Source: Octopus sinensis
Lineage: Eukaryota
DNA: 64,000 nucleotides
Reading direction: 5' to 3'
NCBI RefSeq assembly: GCF_006345805.1
Contig: NC_042999.1
Location: 118,110,001-118,174,000 of the forward strand
The notes under the pieces are model-generated. The model ran no database searches. It was not told where the DNA came from and saw only the letters and a list, made by a program, of their open reading frames with translations. Positions 27,530 through 41,129 of this stretch are shown here, piece after piece. Every line of letters starts with the position of its first letter. Within the stretch, counting starts at the first letter, position 1. The position numbers and the translations under genes are program-made.

Positions 27530-30500
27530 GATTGAGCTCACTGACATGGTTAATAGAGAACCGCTACCAAAGTTTTCAAACGGCACAAGGAATAACAACA
27601 CAATCATGACATATAATGTTGCCCTAGGACAGATCTTAAGAAATAAGGGGAATGATCTGACAACCTTAAATAATCTCATCTATTCCACTGCTAAAGTAGT
27701 AACTACCCAACTAGGTATTAAGATGACAAAGAAAAGGGCCAGGCATGTCAATGAACCTCTTAAGTGGAAAGTAGCGATACAAAAAGAGATTGAATCTCTG
27801 CGGGCGGATGTTTCAGTTCTCGATGAGCTTGCTAGAGGAGAGAATATTAAGTCGAGAAAAGCTAGAAAAATCAAGCAAAAATATAAAATCAAAGATCTCA
27901 TAAACCTCCCTGCAACTAAGGAACTGTTGAAACAACGGATACAGTTGAAAGCCCAACGGCTTAGAAGTATGATAAAAGAAACAAATTTTATCGACAAAAT
28001 AAATTTTTTAAGAGAGATGCAAAGAAATTTTATAGGGAAATTGGCAAAAATAAAATACTCATAGAAGATCCACCTAAGATTGAGGAAGTGGAGGAGTTCT
28101 GGAAGAAGGTATGGAACAACGAAAAAGAGTTTAATGCTGAGGCTGGCTGGATAGAACGTGAGAAAGAGAGACTGGATGAACTTGAAGAACAGAAATGGGA
28201 AGCAATAGGAATAGAGGAGATAAGGTGTGTCCTTAGGAAGGCTCATAAATGGAAAACCCCAGGACTGGATCGGATCCCTAACTTCTGGCTGAATTGTTTG
28301 ACAGAGGTACACGAAAATCTCGCTGCATGTCATTCAGAACCCAGAGCAAATACCTGCTTGGATGACTGAAGGAACCACCTACCTATTACCTAAAACCGAA
28401 GGCACAAAAAACCCAAAGAATTACCGGCCAATAACATGTCTCAACACCACCTACAAAATTCTCACATCCATAATAACGGAGAGAATGTACGCTTTCCTTG
28501 AACAAAACTCTATCCATCCACAAGCTCAAAAAGGTTGTAAAAGAAACTCTTATGGGTGCAAAGACCAATTGCTCATAAACAGAATGATTGTAGAGAATTG
28601 CAAAAACATGATTGTAGAATGATTGTAGAGAATTGCAAAAACAAAAACCTGAGTATGGCATGGATAGACTACAGGAAAGCGTTTGACAGTGTCCCACATA
28701 AATGGATACTCAAGGCCCTTGAGATATACAAGATCTCTCCCGTCGTCTCAAAATTCTTACAGAATAGCATGACCATGTGGAACACACGTCTCTTGCTAAG
28801 CCATAGTAATGGGATGAGCCAGTCCAACAGCATCAACATCAAACGAGGCATCTTTCAAGGTGACTCCCTCTCTCCATTACTTTTTTGCATGGCACTGATC
28901 CCACTCTCAAACGAATTGGATAGTACCAGATATGGGTACTAAGTTTTTAGTAAGTCAATAAACCACCTTTTCTATATGGACGACCTAAAGCTGTTTGCCA
29001 GGAATGACCAAGAGCTAGAAGGGCTGCTAACAACTGTTAAAGAGTTTAGCAATGATATCGGAATGGATTTTGGCCTTGATAAGTGTGCTAAAGCAACTTT
29101 TGTAAGAGGCAAGCTCAGGCAAACAGCTTCTGTTAAATTAGATATTGACACTACCATCAAGGAACTTGACCCACAAGAAAGTTACAAATACCTAGGGATC
29201 AACGAAGGAGATGGTATACATCATGCTACTATGAAGGAAAAATAAGAAAGGAATACTATAGGAGAATAAGGCTTGTACTGAAGACTGAACTCAACTCCAA
29301 AAATTGCATTGAGGCCATTAACACCCTGGCACTTCCAGTAGTCAAGTACAGTTTTAACATCATTAACTGGAACCCTACGGAACTCCAACGCTTGGACAGG
29401 AAGACAGGAAAATTACTGACATCCAAGAGCATGCACCACCCTAAGGCAGATGTAGACCGCCTGTACCTACCTAGAAGCAGCGGGAGGAGAGGAATGATGC
29501 AATTAGAGCTGTGCTATAAGACCTCCACTGTAGGAATGAACAGGTACCCATCTAGTACAAAGGACTGGATGCTGCGACTTGTGTGCGAACACGAAAGCAG
29601 CAGAAAGCTGCATTCTATTGTCAAGGAAGCTTATAAGTACGAAAGGGAACTAGACATTAACCTTGAATCAGATGAAGAGCCGGAAACCACTGCTACCAAG
29701 CAAGCAAAGCGAATCAAGCAGACTGCAAAAAAGAACGGGCAGAATCAAATTGAGAGGCGGTGGAGCCAGAAGCCCCTGCATGGACAATATATTCTCCGAA
29801 GCCAAAATGCTGATGTAGACCAAGCAACAACCCATCAGTGGCTGAAGAGTTCAGGATTGAAAGCAGAGACTGAAGGCTTCATACTGGCAGCACAAGATCA
29901 AAGCTTGTTTACCAGAAATTACCAGGCTAACGTTCTCCGAAACGGTACTGACCCTAAATGCAGAATCTGCGACACATTTGACGAAACAATAGAGCATCTC
30001 GTTTTGGGATGTCTTGTGCTGACACCAAACGAATACAAAAATCGCCACGATAGGATAGGACAGTATATACATTGGAAGATATGTAAACACTACAAATTCG
30101 GCACTCCTGCTAACTGGTATGAACACCATCCTCAGCCAGTTGTTGAAGGTAAAAATGTCACCATCCTCTGGGATTTTCCAGTCAACACTGACAGAACGAT
30201 CAAGGCTAATCGACCAGACATAATTGTTAAAGACAGGGAAGAAAATACTTGCAGACTAATAGAGGTAAGCGTCCCCACTGATAAAAATATATCTGTAAAG
30301 GAATTTGACAAACTTAGTAAATATAAGGACCTGGAAATCGAAATACAAATGATGTGGAATCTTAAAATAAAAACTGTTCCTGTTATTGTAGGTGCCCTAG
30401 GTATGATAAAAAAGGGATGTCAGAAACACCTAGACAATATCCCTGGAGAACCATGTCTCAAGGAAATCCAAAAGATTGTGCTAACAAGTACTGCCCACAT

Positions 30501-30678
30501 CCTTAGAAAAACCCTATCAATGTAAATGTTTGTGTTGTATTACATGGAGATATTTCTCTACTTCCCCTCCCCAAGCTTTCAGCTATATTTCAACAACTCT
30601 TAACCTTCACTTGCCCTAGGGCGCTGGGTGTGCCCCGGCAAGTGATTGCATCAAACATGCAGATTAAAAGTAAATGAC
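27530..30678 (+). mobile_element. R4/Dong-clade LINE copy 3, pseudogenised, in (TAA)n
   Basis: GIFQGDSLSPLLF, YMDDLKLF, CRICDTFDETIEHLVLGC, RPDIIV, EFDKLSKY; several stops and frameshifts; (TAA)n flanks. Confidence 0.92.
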
Positions 30679-30743
<65 letters not shown>

Positions 30744-30805
30744 CAACAACAAAAACATCGAAAAATACCTTAGTAATGAGAACCCATGTTCGAAATTTCC
30801 CCAAG

Positions 30806-30849
30806 ACACCTGATGAAGGCAGAAGGGTATATCAGCCGAAACGTTGTGC
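30806..30849 (+). ncRNA. Minimal type-I hammerhead ribozyme motif (right arm)
   Basis: ACAC CUGAUGA A GGC(AG)..(CA)GCC GAA ACGU U GUG: palindromic ACGU stem III, GUU triplet. Confidence 0.65.
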
Positions 30850-31057
30850 TAACAACAAACAAGATGAGGACAAATATCCGTCACATGTAAATAATGTAAA
30901 TGATTAAATGCATTGAAAATTCCTTAAAGAAACTTCAGTATGAAAGATTTTGCATGTCCTGTTTCGAGATCACTATATCACCACCTTCGAGTTATTGCTG
31001 AATATATTATTTCTCTTAATTCTCCATACTTAAAAATCTTTGAGAGATGATAGCTGC

Positions 31058-31627
31058 TGTAGCAGAAGTGATTTACACTGTCATTATGCGTGAGATATTT
31101 TCGTTTTGACTCATCTAGGCTTAAATATCCGAATATCAGTTCCACAAGCCTTTTCGTCCAAGCAGATCACATGACCACCTGATTAAACGAACTTGTTGTT
31201 TGTATTGGTCGGTTTCCAGCTGTCCAATCGTTTTGGCGCAACAGTTCATTTTCCCTTACCCGGAAAAAAATTAAATCACCAGCTCCTGGGAGCCTACTGA
31301 TCTCTATAAGAACGGCAGATCTCTACTGCCCTAGGTCTTTGGCACACGCCACTGACCACGCTACTCGTCTCCGGCAACGATGTATCTGACACCAGCCAGC
31401 CTCCGCTTTCATCTTCTCCACCAGACGCCTGTCTATATCATTGCTGTGTGAAGACCACACGACCAACAGACCAACGGCTGCCTCTACACACCACCAAACA
31501 GTATGTCAACTATGTCCAGCCTAACCGTGAAGTCTCTCACACATCTTTGTTGTAACCTGTTATGTTATTTTATTTCATATATGGCAATCATTGTATTTTA
31601 TAACGGAAAATATATCGTCGCTCACCA
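31058..31627 (+). other. Possible solo LTR or promoter-like block
   Basis: TG...CA ends, ATTGG/CCAAT at about 31205-31230, TATA-like ctataagaa at about 31303; flanking 4-mers ctgc/gtgc match imperfectly. Confidence 0.3.
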
Positions 31628-32315
31628 GTGCCTTTTATCTCAAGTAGTATAACATTTCCACATTTCCTCATTTACTCATCTCCGTTACACTGCCCTAGAT
31701 ACATCACATTAAAACTGTTCCTACTTGCTCCACCTTGGAGTAAGTTGGAGCATGCAATGGAGCATATTCAAAACTTATGTCCGCATCATTCCAGTTTTCA
31801 TTTCCAGTTATGTATTTTATTAAGTAACGCCCTCTACACCTGATTGTCATTTTGGTTTATTACCTATAAATAAGGTTTAATGGTCCATAGTAGGTCCCTG
31901 TATAAACTCTGGCTTGTAGACCGATAGATCTACAGAACTCACAAATTTCTGCTGACATGTTGTTCTTCCTCCGCCATTTGGAGTAATGGGACAGAATAAT
32001 ACAATTGTTGCCATGATCATCTGTATATATTTCAGCATTTTCTGGTATTGTGTAGTTGTGGGGCATAAATTTTTACTCAGAACATGTTACACGATTTTCT
32101 ACCTCTATAATATCATCAATGCGTGTAATATAATAAAGCGCCATTTTCTCTGAATCCTGATTTATATTACAGCTAGATATTTATTTTAAATAACGCCTTA
32201 CTACAGACGTAATACCCAACTCTTAACCTGCAAATTTTTCATACATCTTCTAAGATTTTCATAAAATAGAATAACAAGCATATATATATAATATATTTGT
32301 GCATGCGTGCGTGTA

Positions 32316-32368
<53 letters not shown>

Positions 32369-33329
32369 TACTTGCAATAAAACCTGATAACATCGTTTAT
32401 CTGTTTGTTTATGAGCACTAGATGAAAATATGAATGTATAAAACTGGGTTTGATTCACATAGAAACGTTTACGAAACAAGACAATCCCCAAAATACTATT
32501 GTTATATTCTATGCCTAGCAATAAATTTAGTGTGAAATACCTTTTTCAAGATTATCGTTGTATGTCATTACCTAAACACCTATATACATATACGCCATAA
32601 ATATATGCTCTACGAAGAAAAAAGTACAAAACAAAAACCACACGGAATAAAATGTGTGCTATTACCGAAGAAAACGGTTGACTGAGCAAAGTGTCTAGTA
32701 AATTCACATCTGCGAAAAAGTATCTTTCTAAGCTCGTATGGTTTTTATCTTCACTGTAAATAGATATAGTCAATGTTGCGACAAAATTTATCGTTACAAT
32801 CTTTCAAATAGAAACAGCATACTTTATATAATACACTTTGTGCTAGTATTACTAATAATAGAGATAGAGTATCTACAGCGGAAAACGCTGATCAAATTCA
32901 GCGTTTCATTGGCTAACATTTTATTACTATATAAGCAACCCAAGGCTACCAAACCGCAACTTAAATAACTACTGTTTCTACCATCTATTGTTGTGAATGA
33001 TATAGTAACACACACACACACACACGCGCGCGCGCTAAATTAAATAACTGTTGAATATATTTCTTCTAAAAATGTTCAGATTTACTTTTGATACTTTCAG
33101 ATTACATCGGGTCTCATTTCAACATAACACAAGATCATGGAAATAGAATTAAAAATGAAACCCCTCATAACGGTTGCGTTTCTGTCAATCAAGTGTTGTT
33201 TGGTTTATTACCATATAGCATTATTACATATTCCATAAGTCGTATTTCATGCTGAAAAATATTTAGTAAAAATTTGATTGACCAACGAAATTTTACTTAA
33301 AAGTATGAGTGTGGATGCTTGTATGTATC

Positions 33330-35465
33330 CTGGACAACGCCATAGGGTCGGGCCCGAGACATTGTAGGGTTAAGCATGATGACCTGTGCTTCTACCATGC
33401 AAAGTTTGGAGAAAAGGTGACAAAGTGCAAACAACCATGTAGCTTCAGAACCCCTTCATCAGTGACCCAGGGAAACTCCAAGGTCGGCCGTCATTGAACA
33501 CCCTGGTGGCCGGCAGACATGACCAAATGCTCCTCCATGTCCGCGATCGCAGCTCCGGAGACAGGTTCCTCATCGACACAGGAACAGAAGTCAGCGTGAT
33601 CCTGCGTCGGCGCCAAGGAAAGCGGAGCCAGCCTTTAACATCCGCCAACGGGTCCACAATCGAATCATACGGTCGTCGCAACCTTTCTCTCAACATCGGC
33701 TCACAAAAATACACATGGGCATTCACCATTGCCGATGTCCATCAGCCCATAATCGGTGCAGACTTTCTTCGAGTACATTTGCTACTGGTGGATTTGCGGG
33801 GAAGATGACTCCTCGATAACAACACATACGCTTCTGTGCCTCTTGCAACATCTGCACATGCCGCCCTCCGCATAACAGCCATTTCGCAGACCAAGAACAA
33901 ATTCTTGGATCTTCTCGTAAGTCGCCCCAATTTCACCACTCCGACATTCTCCAAACCTACAGCCTGCCACGTGATACACCACATCTCCACCACCGGCCCC
34001 ATCCCCAGTGCACAGCCGCACACGTCGTCTATCGCCAGACAAACTTGCAATCGCAAAGACCAAGTTCAACAATATGGAGGCATTGGGTATAATTTGTCGA
34101 TCAAGCAGTCCCTGGTCATTATCCCTGCATGAAGCCCTCACATCGAACGGAGGTTAACGACCCCGCGGAGATTACCGCCGTCTCAACGCGAATACGACAC
34201 CTGCCCGTTACCCCATTTCAAACATACAAGATTTTTCAGCCCAGCTGGCCGGGTGCTCGGTTTTTTTCCAAGATTGACCTCATCCGGGTATACCACCAAA
34301 TACCAGTACAAGACAACGATGTACCGAAAACCGCTGTTATCACTCCTTTCGGTCTGCATGAATTCCTACGTACACCTTTTGGGTTGAAAAACGCAGCACA
34401 ATCCTTCCGACACCTGATGGACACTGTGTGCAGGGGGTCTTGATTTTGTCTTCGCATACTTAGTTGATATCCTTATCGCAAGCCCAAAACCAGAGCTACA
34501 TAAGAAGCCCCTAGTGACTCTTTTTGATGGGCTGGAACGGTGTGGTTTAATAATCAACCCCGCCAAGTACGTTTTTGGTACGACAGAAATCGACTTCTTG
34601 GGACATCGAATCACAAGTGCCGACGCTACACCCCTGCCAGAAAAAGTAAAATCTATCCTATACTTTCCACGCCCCACCACAAGCAAGGCTTTACATCAAT
34701 TCGTGGGCATGGTAAACTTTTACCATCGTTTCATCCGACACAGCTATTGGGGGCGTTTTGGAACAACATATCAATAGTCAATGGCGACCTCTCGCCTTCT
34801 TCAGCCGACAACTACGACCCCCTGAACAGAAATACAGTGCGTGCTTTTGACAGGGAATTACTGACTGTCCCTGTTGGTGTCCGCCACTTTCGATATTTCC
34901 TTGAAGGCCGCACTTTACAGTATTCACGGATCACAAACCACTCACCTTTGCTATGAGCAAGCTCTCGGGGCCTTAGTCTGCACGCCAACAACGACAGCTA
35001 TCGGCAATTTCTGAGTACACCACAAATATCCATCACATAGCTAGTAAGGGCAACCCAGTTGCCGACGCACTCTCTCGTGCTCCTTTGGCGAACAGTCTCG
35101 TATTTCTTTGGTGAACAGTCACCAAAGAATCGAGTAACCACACGCAAGGGCAGGACAATTAAAACGCTTTCTCGTTTCCAATGACAGTCTACAGTTCTGG
35201 GTGGGGAGCTATGTAGGGCAGGGTTCGTGACAGATGAACTGTTGACAAAAACTTTGCTGCGGGCTAGCTAGGAAGTTGGTCAGCAGAAAAACAGGACTTC
35301 AAGAAGGAGAACCAAAAACAAAATAATGTCAACGGCGAGCATGTAACGAATCTGTGTGAAATGAACAGAAATAGCTGGCGATGTTAACTCTGATGTACGT
35401 AAAGTAATAAACCTTTTAATAAATGTATTCTCGTCTCCACTAGTTTGTTTGCGTGTAGCTTAACA
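33330..35465 (+). mobile_element. Decayed Ty3/gypsy LTR retrotransposon (gag end, protease, RT, partial RNase H, 3' LTR; integrase largely deleted)
   Basis: CFYHAKFG..C...C gag motif; FLIDTG protease; SKIDL..YHQIPV, TPFGL.EF..TPFGLKNAAQSF; RELL...RHFRYFLEG; PPT-like ctgggtggggagc before TGTAGGG at 35212. Confidence 0.88.
35212..35465 (+). repeat. Putative 3' LTR
   Basis: Follows the PPT, starts TG, contains AATAAA, candidate CA end at 35465; no 5' partner in the window. Confidence 0.55.
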
Positions 35466-36787
35466 AAGCTATGCGTGTGTTCAGGAGCAAAAAGATGACA
35501 CTTTCTCGTGAAATGCAGTGCAAATACACATATAATACTTAACATTGAGATTATATAATTTGTATATTATGTTATGAAAGATTTTATTTGTCATTCATTA
35601 ATATAGTGAATGGAATTTTACACCTAATATAGTTCATATAACAAATGCTCGCTTAAGCTAGCGATGTGCATGTTGTTTTTTCAGAAATTAAAATAGTGGT
35701 AGATAAATTAATACTCCGGGATGCTCTTACATCATGGCAACGGGAAAAATATGAAAATAGATTGATGCAACTAAGCGCTATTACATCATAGCAACGTAAG
35801 ATCTCAAAGGATAACTTTCCATAGCATTGGTGATATTGTTTTTACCTGTATTTATGATATATGCCTCTTTGAGAACGCTATTCCACTATATCACACAGAT
35901 TTAGAAGATACATTAAGCATCTCCTTCTCCCGTTTTCTAACTGGAACTACACTATATCTATCTATTCATTCGCTCTTCAAACACACTACCTTTGCGCCTT
36001 TATTTACTCTCTCATATCTTTCTTTCTCGCCCACTCTTTTCCCCTTTCGTTCTAGATCACTCTCTTCCTACACCCCGCTCTCGTTCTCCTACCTTTTGCA
36101 AGTCTTACGTTTCTACAGAATGTGAGCATGTGCATATCGCTTATTTTAAGTGGAGTAAATGAAAACAAAGTAACAGCTACACACAAATATACATCGACAA
36201 CATGTTTCCACGCAGTTTCCGACAACCAAAATTTTATCTCAAGGCGTTGGCCAAGCTGAAGCTATAGTACAAAGCATTTGCAAGTACCACATAGTATGGC
36301 CGAACTCGAAACCAAATAGTGGCGAAGCAAGCTTCTTTAATCGCACCACCATGCTTATGTATTGTATTCACATATTTAATATGCATGTATACAGCCATAC
36401 ACACACACTCATATACATATATACATACATATTTGTATGTGTGTGTATGCATGTGTGCGTTATATTGTTTGTTCTTATGTGTATTTGCTCATAAAAACAT
36501 TCAAACATTAACTGATGATTCACTCAATATTTCTAAGGAGTTATCTCATTCCTTTCTAAACGGAAATGTATCAATCAACACTTCGAAGTTTCGCCGATCG
36601 CCGGCTTCATCTCATGTGAGCGTACACACATAAACACGCACATACATGCATACATATATATTCTTTTATTCTTTTACTTGTTTTAGTAATTTAACTGAGT
36701 TCATGCTGGAGCACCACCTTGAAGGGCTTTTAGACAACAAAACCAAGGTTTTGTGGAACTTATAGGACATTTATAAAGGGAAAGATA

Positions 36788-36835
36788 GTCTTACAGCTGT
36801 TTCTGAGATATTAGGGACATCCCTTCATCAGAGTC
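36788..36835 (-). ncRNA. Minimal type-I hammerhead ribozyme motif (fourth family)
   Basis: GACU CUGAUGA A GGGAU-loop-AUCUC A GAA ACAGCUGU A AGAC; perfect 8-nt palindromic stem III, GUA triplet, one stem I mismatch. Confidence 0.58.
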
Positions 36836-36974
36836 GATATGAGAGTGTTAACTAGAAAGAAATAGTAGAGTTCAATATAAAGAGTTATTTTAGAAAGGGT
36901 TGGATGTAAGAAGTATAAAGGAAAATAAGAGGATAAAAATACAAATAAATATATATATATACGACGGGCTTTCC

Positions 36975-37700
36975 TGCAATCAAACCTGTAGACAATGAAG
37001 CAATGGATTACTGGCTGGCAACTCAAGCTGGCTGTGGGCAAGCGTACCATCATATATTTTGGTAGGAAAAACCCAGTTTTTACATACTTCTTCCACAACA
37101 CAAATCATAAGAAATCTACTAGTGAACGTGACCTGAGCATTATTGTCAACAATGATTTGCGTTGGACGAAGCACATTTTGAAACTCCCAAGAAGGCTCAA
37201 TGTGTCATAGCACTACTCAAAAAGAACTTTGTCAGCTGCTCTCCAGCTGTTTATCTAAGGTTGTATATTACTTTGGTACGTCCACAATTAGAGTTTGCCT
37301 CACCAGTCTGGAAGCCCTATCTAGCTCAGAATATTGATCTTCCGAAAACTGTTCACAAAAGTGCAACCAGACCATTACTTCGCCATCAGGCATCCATCAT
37401 ACTCTGAACGTCTTGCTTCCCTGGGCATGGACACATTAAAATTCTGACAACTGACTTATAGACACCTACAAGATTATCCCCCATCTTTCCAACAACAACC
37501 TTGGGCACCTTTTTTTGTATTCCATATACCTAACATAACTGGATATGCTTACAAAATCAGAAAACAGCACAACACCTTTTGAAAACATTTTTTCACGCTC
37601 AAAATTGCTGAAGAATGAATAAACTACTCACATCAGTTGTTAGCTGTCGGGACACTATATCCTTCAAAACTTTCATGCTTCCTGAAATTTTCCAAAACTA
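36975..37700 (+). mobile_element. CR1-clade LINE 3' fragment, degenerate
   Basis: WQLKL...RDLSIIVNNDLRW.KHI; LYITLVRPQLEFASPVWKPYL; Y.ERL.SLG. Confidence 0.82.
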
Positions 37701-39639
37701 CACGTGATGTCCTTTTTTAATGACTCATTCACAGTTCCCTCTCCTGTCTTTGTGCATTATTCTATGTAGTGTATATATATGCACCTTTGATTACGTTTTC
37801 TTACGAATTGTAGTCACCTCAGCACTGTATATGATAAATTCCTTATTATATTTTATGATATACATATATTATATTCATCTTCCTGCACGTCTTAGTAATT
37901 ATTAGGTATTTTGCATATTTTTACAAACTACCTCTTTCTATTTATCTTCTATTTTTTTTTATTTTGACACACATTAAAGATTCTGTGTTAGATATGATAT
38001 GTTTTCTCTACGCTGTTTTTAATTAAATAGTATTTTCCTTTATGCCTATATCATACTATTCCTAGCAATAAATTATATATTTCAAACTTATAATAAAGTT
38101 AATTTAATCCTGTGTATAGATAATGTCATTTTTGATGAGTTTTTATACTTAATTATTCTAAATTAAAATATTCATTAGACAACAAAGTTGGTGGTGGGAG
38201 AGTGAGGTAGATGGGGTGCATAAGAGATGTATGGTCGTAGTGAAGGAGACGAAATTGGTGGTCCAGTGTGGGGGTGATCAATGTAACATGAAGAGGACAA
38301 TATTAAGGAGAAAGGTTTGATAGGAAGTTAGACGGTTCCGGATAGTGAGAAAGATAAGCGATGTCAAGGAAAAGCTACAGTTAGAGTATAATGGGTGGTG
38401 GGGCTATCTTGAAGAGGATATTAGGTGTTAGGTGACACGCACACATATATATATATATAGAGAGAGAGAGGGAGAGAGAGAGAGACAGACAAACAGACAG
38501 AGAAGTCACCTGGCTATAAAATTCTATCTCATTAAGCCTCAGTCCAACCTAAGCTAGCATAGAAAAATACGCATAAAAATGAATGCAAATATGTAAATAT
38601 GGTGAGTGTGCATGGCTTGGAGGTTAGAGTTTTGTTTTAATGATCATGACATGATGGTTTTGATTCCCGGACAAGACAATGCAATATTCATGAGCAATAC
38701 GCTTCATTATACTTTACTTCAGTCCACTCAGCTGGCAAAAGTAAGTAATTTCTGTGATGGTGTGGTGTCCCACCAGGAGAGGAGCATGTACACCACAGAA
38801 TTTGGGAAATGAACCTTATGTGCTTATGGCTCAAGAAGGATCCCCTGGATTTTTTGTATTCAAGTGGTCAAGGTTTTTAATACACAGCTAAATCAAAAAC
38901 AACATCTGGAATTTTAATTTTAAAAAATGACCACATCCATATAACCCCTTTTCTCTCCCTTACATTAATAAATACAAAAGAATTTTAAAAAGGCAAGACA
39001 TTGAAATGTAATTATAATTCTTACTGGAGAAGATCAAACAACATCTGGCCTTCCAATTATAAACCTTGACTACTTGAATAAAAAAAATCCCTTTCCTTCC
39101 CCATCCAAAAGGTCAATAAAAAAGAAAAAAAAACAACATATTGAATTAAGCAAGTTTGATCACACAGATACAGAAGCCATGCTTTCCTGTCCCTTTCAAA
39201 CTTTTTTCTTTTTATTTTCCCTCCCTCTGCAAATCACCAAAACTCTCTTTCTACTTCTCTATCTTCACTATCTCTCACTTTCTCCTCCACTCTCACCCCT
39301 GCACCTTCCTTTCTAATTTGTCCCTCTCTTTCTCCCTTTCTCTCTCTTTCTAAAACATCATCACTTTCAATTTTATATAAAAAGGCCAAGCAAACTTATT
39401 ACAAACCGCTTTTTTGAATAGAAATATATATAATATCCAACATTCTGATTATCTTTTTATTCTCAATATACAATATTTGTACATCACTTTTGGATCATAT
39501 ATATATATGATCCAAAAATCTGATTGAATCTTCCATGAGTTAACATGTACCTCCTTGCAACAATGTAAACTTTCATTTAATCATATTGTTATGTATTTCT
39601 CTATGTTAATGTGTATATGCATGTGCAATATTAGTTTTA

Positions 39640-39850
39640 CATTTTGGCACAAGACCAGATATTTTGAGGTGGGATGGTGGGGAAGCCGATTACATTGACC
39701 CCAGTGGCCAAATGGTATTTTATTGACCCCCAAATAGATGAAGAGCAAAAGGCGGCCTTGGTGGCATTTGAACTCAGAATGTAAAGATGGAAGTATGCAT
39801 GTAAAATATTACTGCTAAAACAACTGTTTGATATACTAGCATAGCTGTTC
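39640..39850 (-). mobile_element. SINE family B, CpG-decayed
   Basis: Family B blocks with atcgacccc changed to attgacccc. Confidence 0.72.
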
Positions 39851-41129
39851 CAACTACTGCACATTCTATTATCAACCTAAATAACACTTGCTTACCTTTA
39901 ATTTCGTTCAATTGTCTTTGAAACCCAATTCTATGCTTTGTCTTTATAATAGTCAGATGATACTTTGTTTCACAGAGGTTAATAGATTGCAACCAGACAT
40001 GTGTATGCATACTGTTACACATGTAAATACACAGTTTGTCTTATGCATGCAAACACATGCACATAAATTTGTGCACACACATAAACATGCACATCGATTT
40101 TGTAGTGAATGCAAATGTATCCTTGCATGTGTATGTAAGTGTGTACTTGTGCATGTGCACATGTGTGTGTAAAGGTATATTGTAATACTCAACACTTAAA
40201 CTTATATACACTGCCAAATTGATCTGGCTGTCTCATCAGCCACAGTGAGAAACACGTCCCCTTGTTGTCACAAATGATTTTCCTTCTTTTGCTAAAGTAG
40301 AAGACTGTGTGGTAATAAGATATTGGAAGATATATCAATTGTGAAAGTGGAAGAAGGGGGATGAAACGTGTAAAAGGTTCAGAGTGAAAAAGAAAAAAAA
40401 AGTAGAGGTGCAAAGAAATTAAAAGATGTGAAGAAAAAGAAAAAAAAAAAGTATTGAATGATTCTGATAGGAACTTAATAAAAACAAACTCTTGAGTGAC
40501 AAACTATGATGGTGTGGCTGAGTGAAAAATATGATGTGTGAAAATGAATGGGAGTGACAGATAAGTGGAAAACAAGAAAGTGAGAAATTACTGTGAAAGT
40601 GATAATCGGAGAGTTTGTATCAGATGATATTAAGAGTTAATAAGGGAGATGAGAGGCAGCTGGGATAAACATTCCTAACATAGAAAAGGTGAGGAAGATA
40701 TCTATGATACAATATTTGCAGAGAGAAGAGGGTAGAAAAGTATATAGCTGAAATTGATTTCGGTGAAAGAGATTTGTGTTAGATTAAATGAAGATAGACA
40801 CAGATAATTGGCACTGAATATTGATTTTCTAACTTTTGCACCAATGGTAGGGAGAGAGTACAGATATTATATCAGTATTGTTGCATTACTGGTATTGATT
40901 TTGCATTGACCTTAGAAAGATGAAACACAAAGTTAATCCCAGTGAGATTCAAACATGGATCATAAAGGAATATAACTAAATACAGTAAATTATCTGGTGC
41001 TATACTGTTTCAGTGTCTCTGTAACATAAATTTATATATAATATGGAGAGAAAAGGAAAGGAAGTGATTGACAGTTAGTAATAATATTGAAAAAGATGTA
41101 GAGAGAAGCTTGTACCATATATTTCTTGT

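Larger units (their letters stand above)
27162..30897. mobile_element. Inverted dimer of a tRNA-headed, hammerhead-bearing short element, interrupted by Dong copy 3
   Basis: Left arm 27162-27401 matches the reverse complement of 27424-27451 plus about 30745-30897; the centre carries B-box-like GAGTTCGATTCC in both orientations. Confidence 0.8.

Noticed and set aside
40225-40265. Minus-strand CUGAUGA followed by a GC-rich segment
   Set aside because: No downstream GAAA, so it is not a hammerhead.
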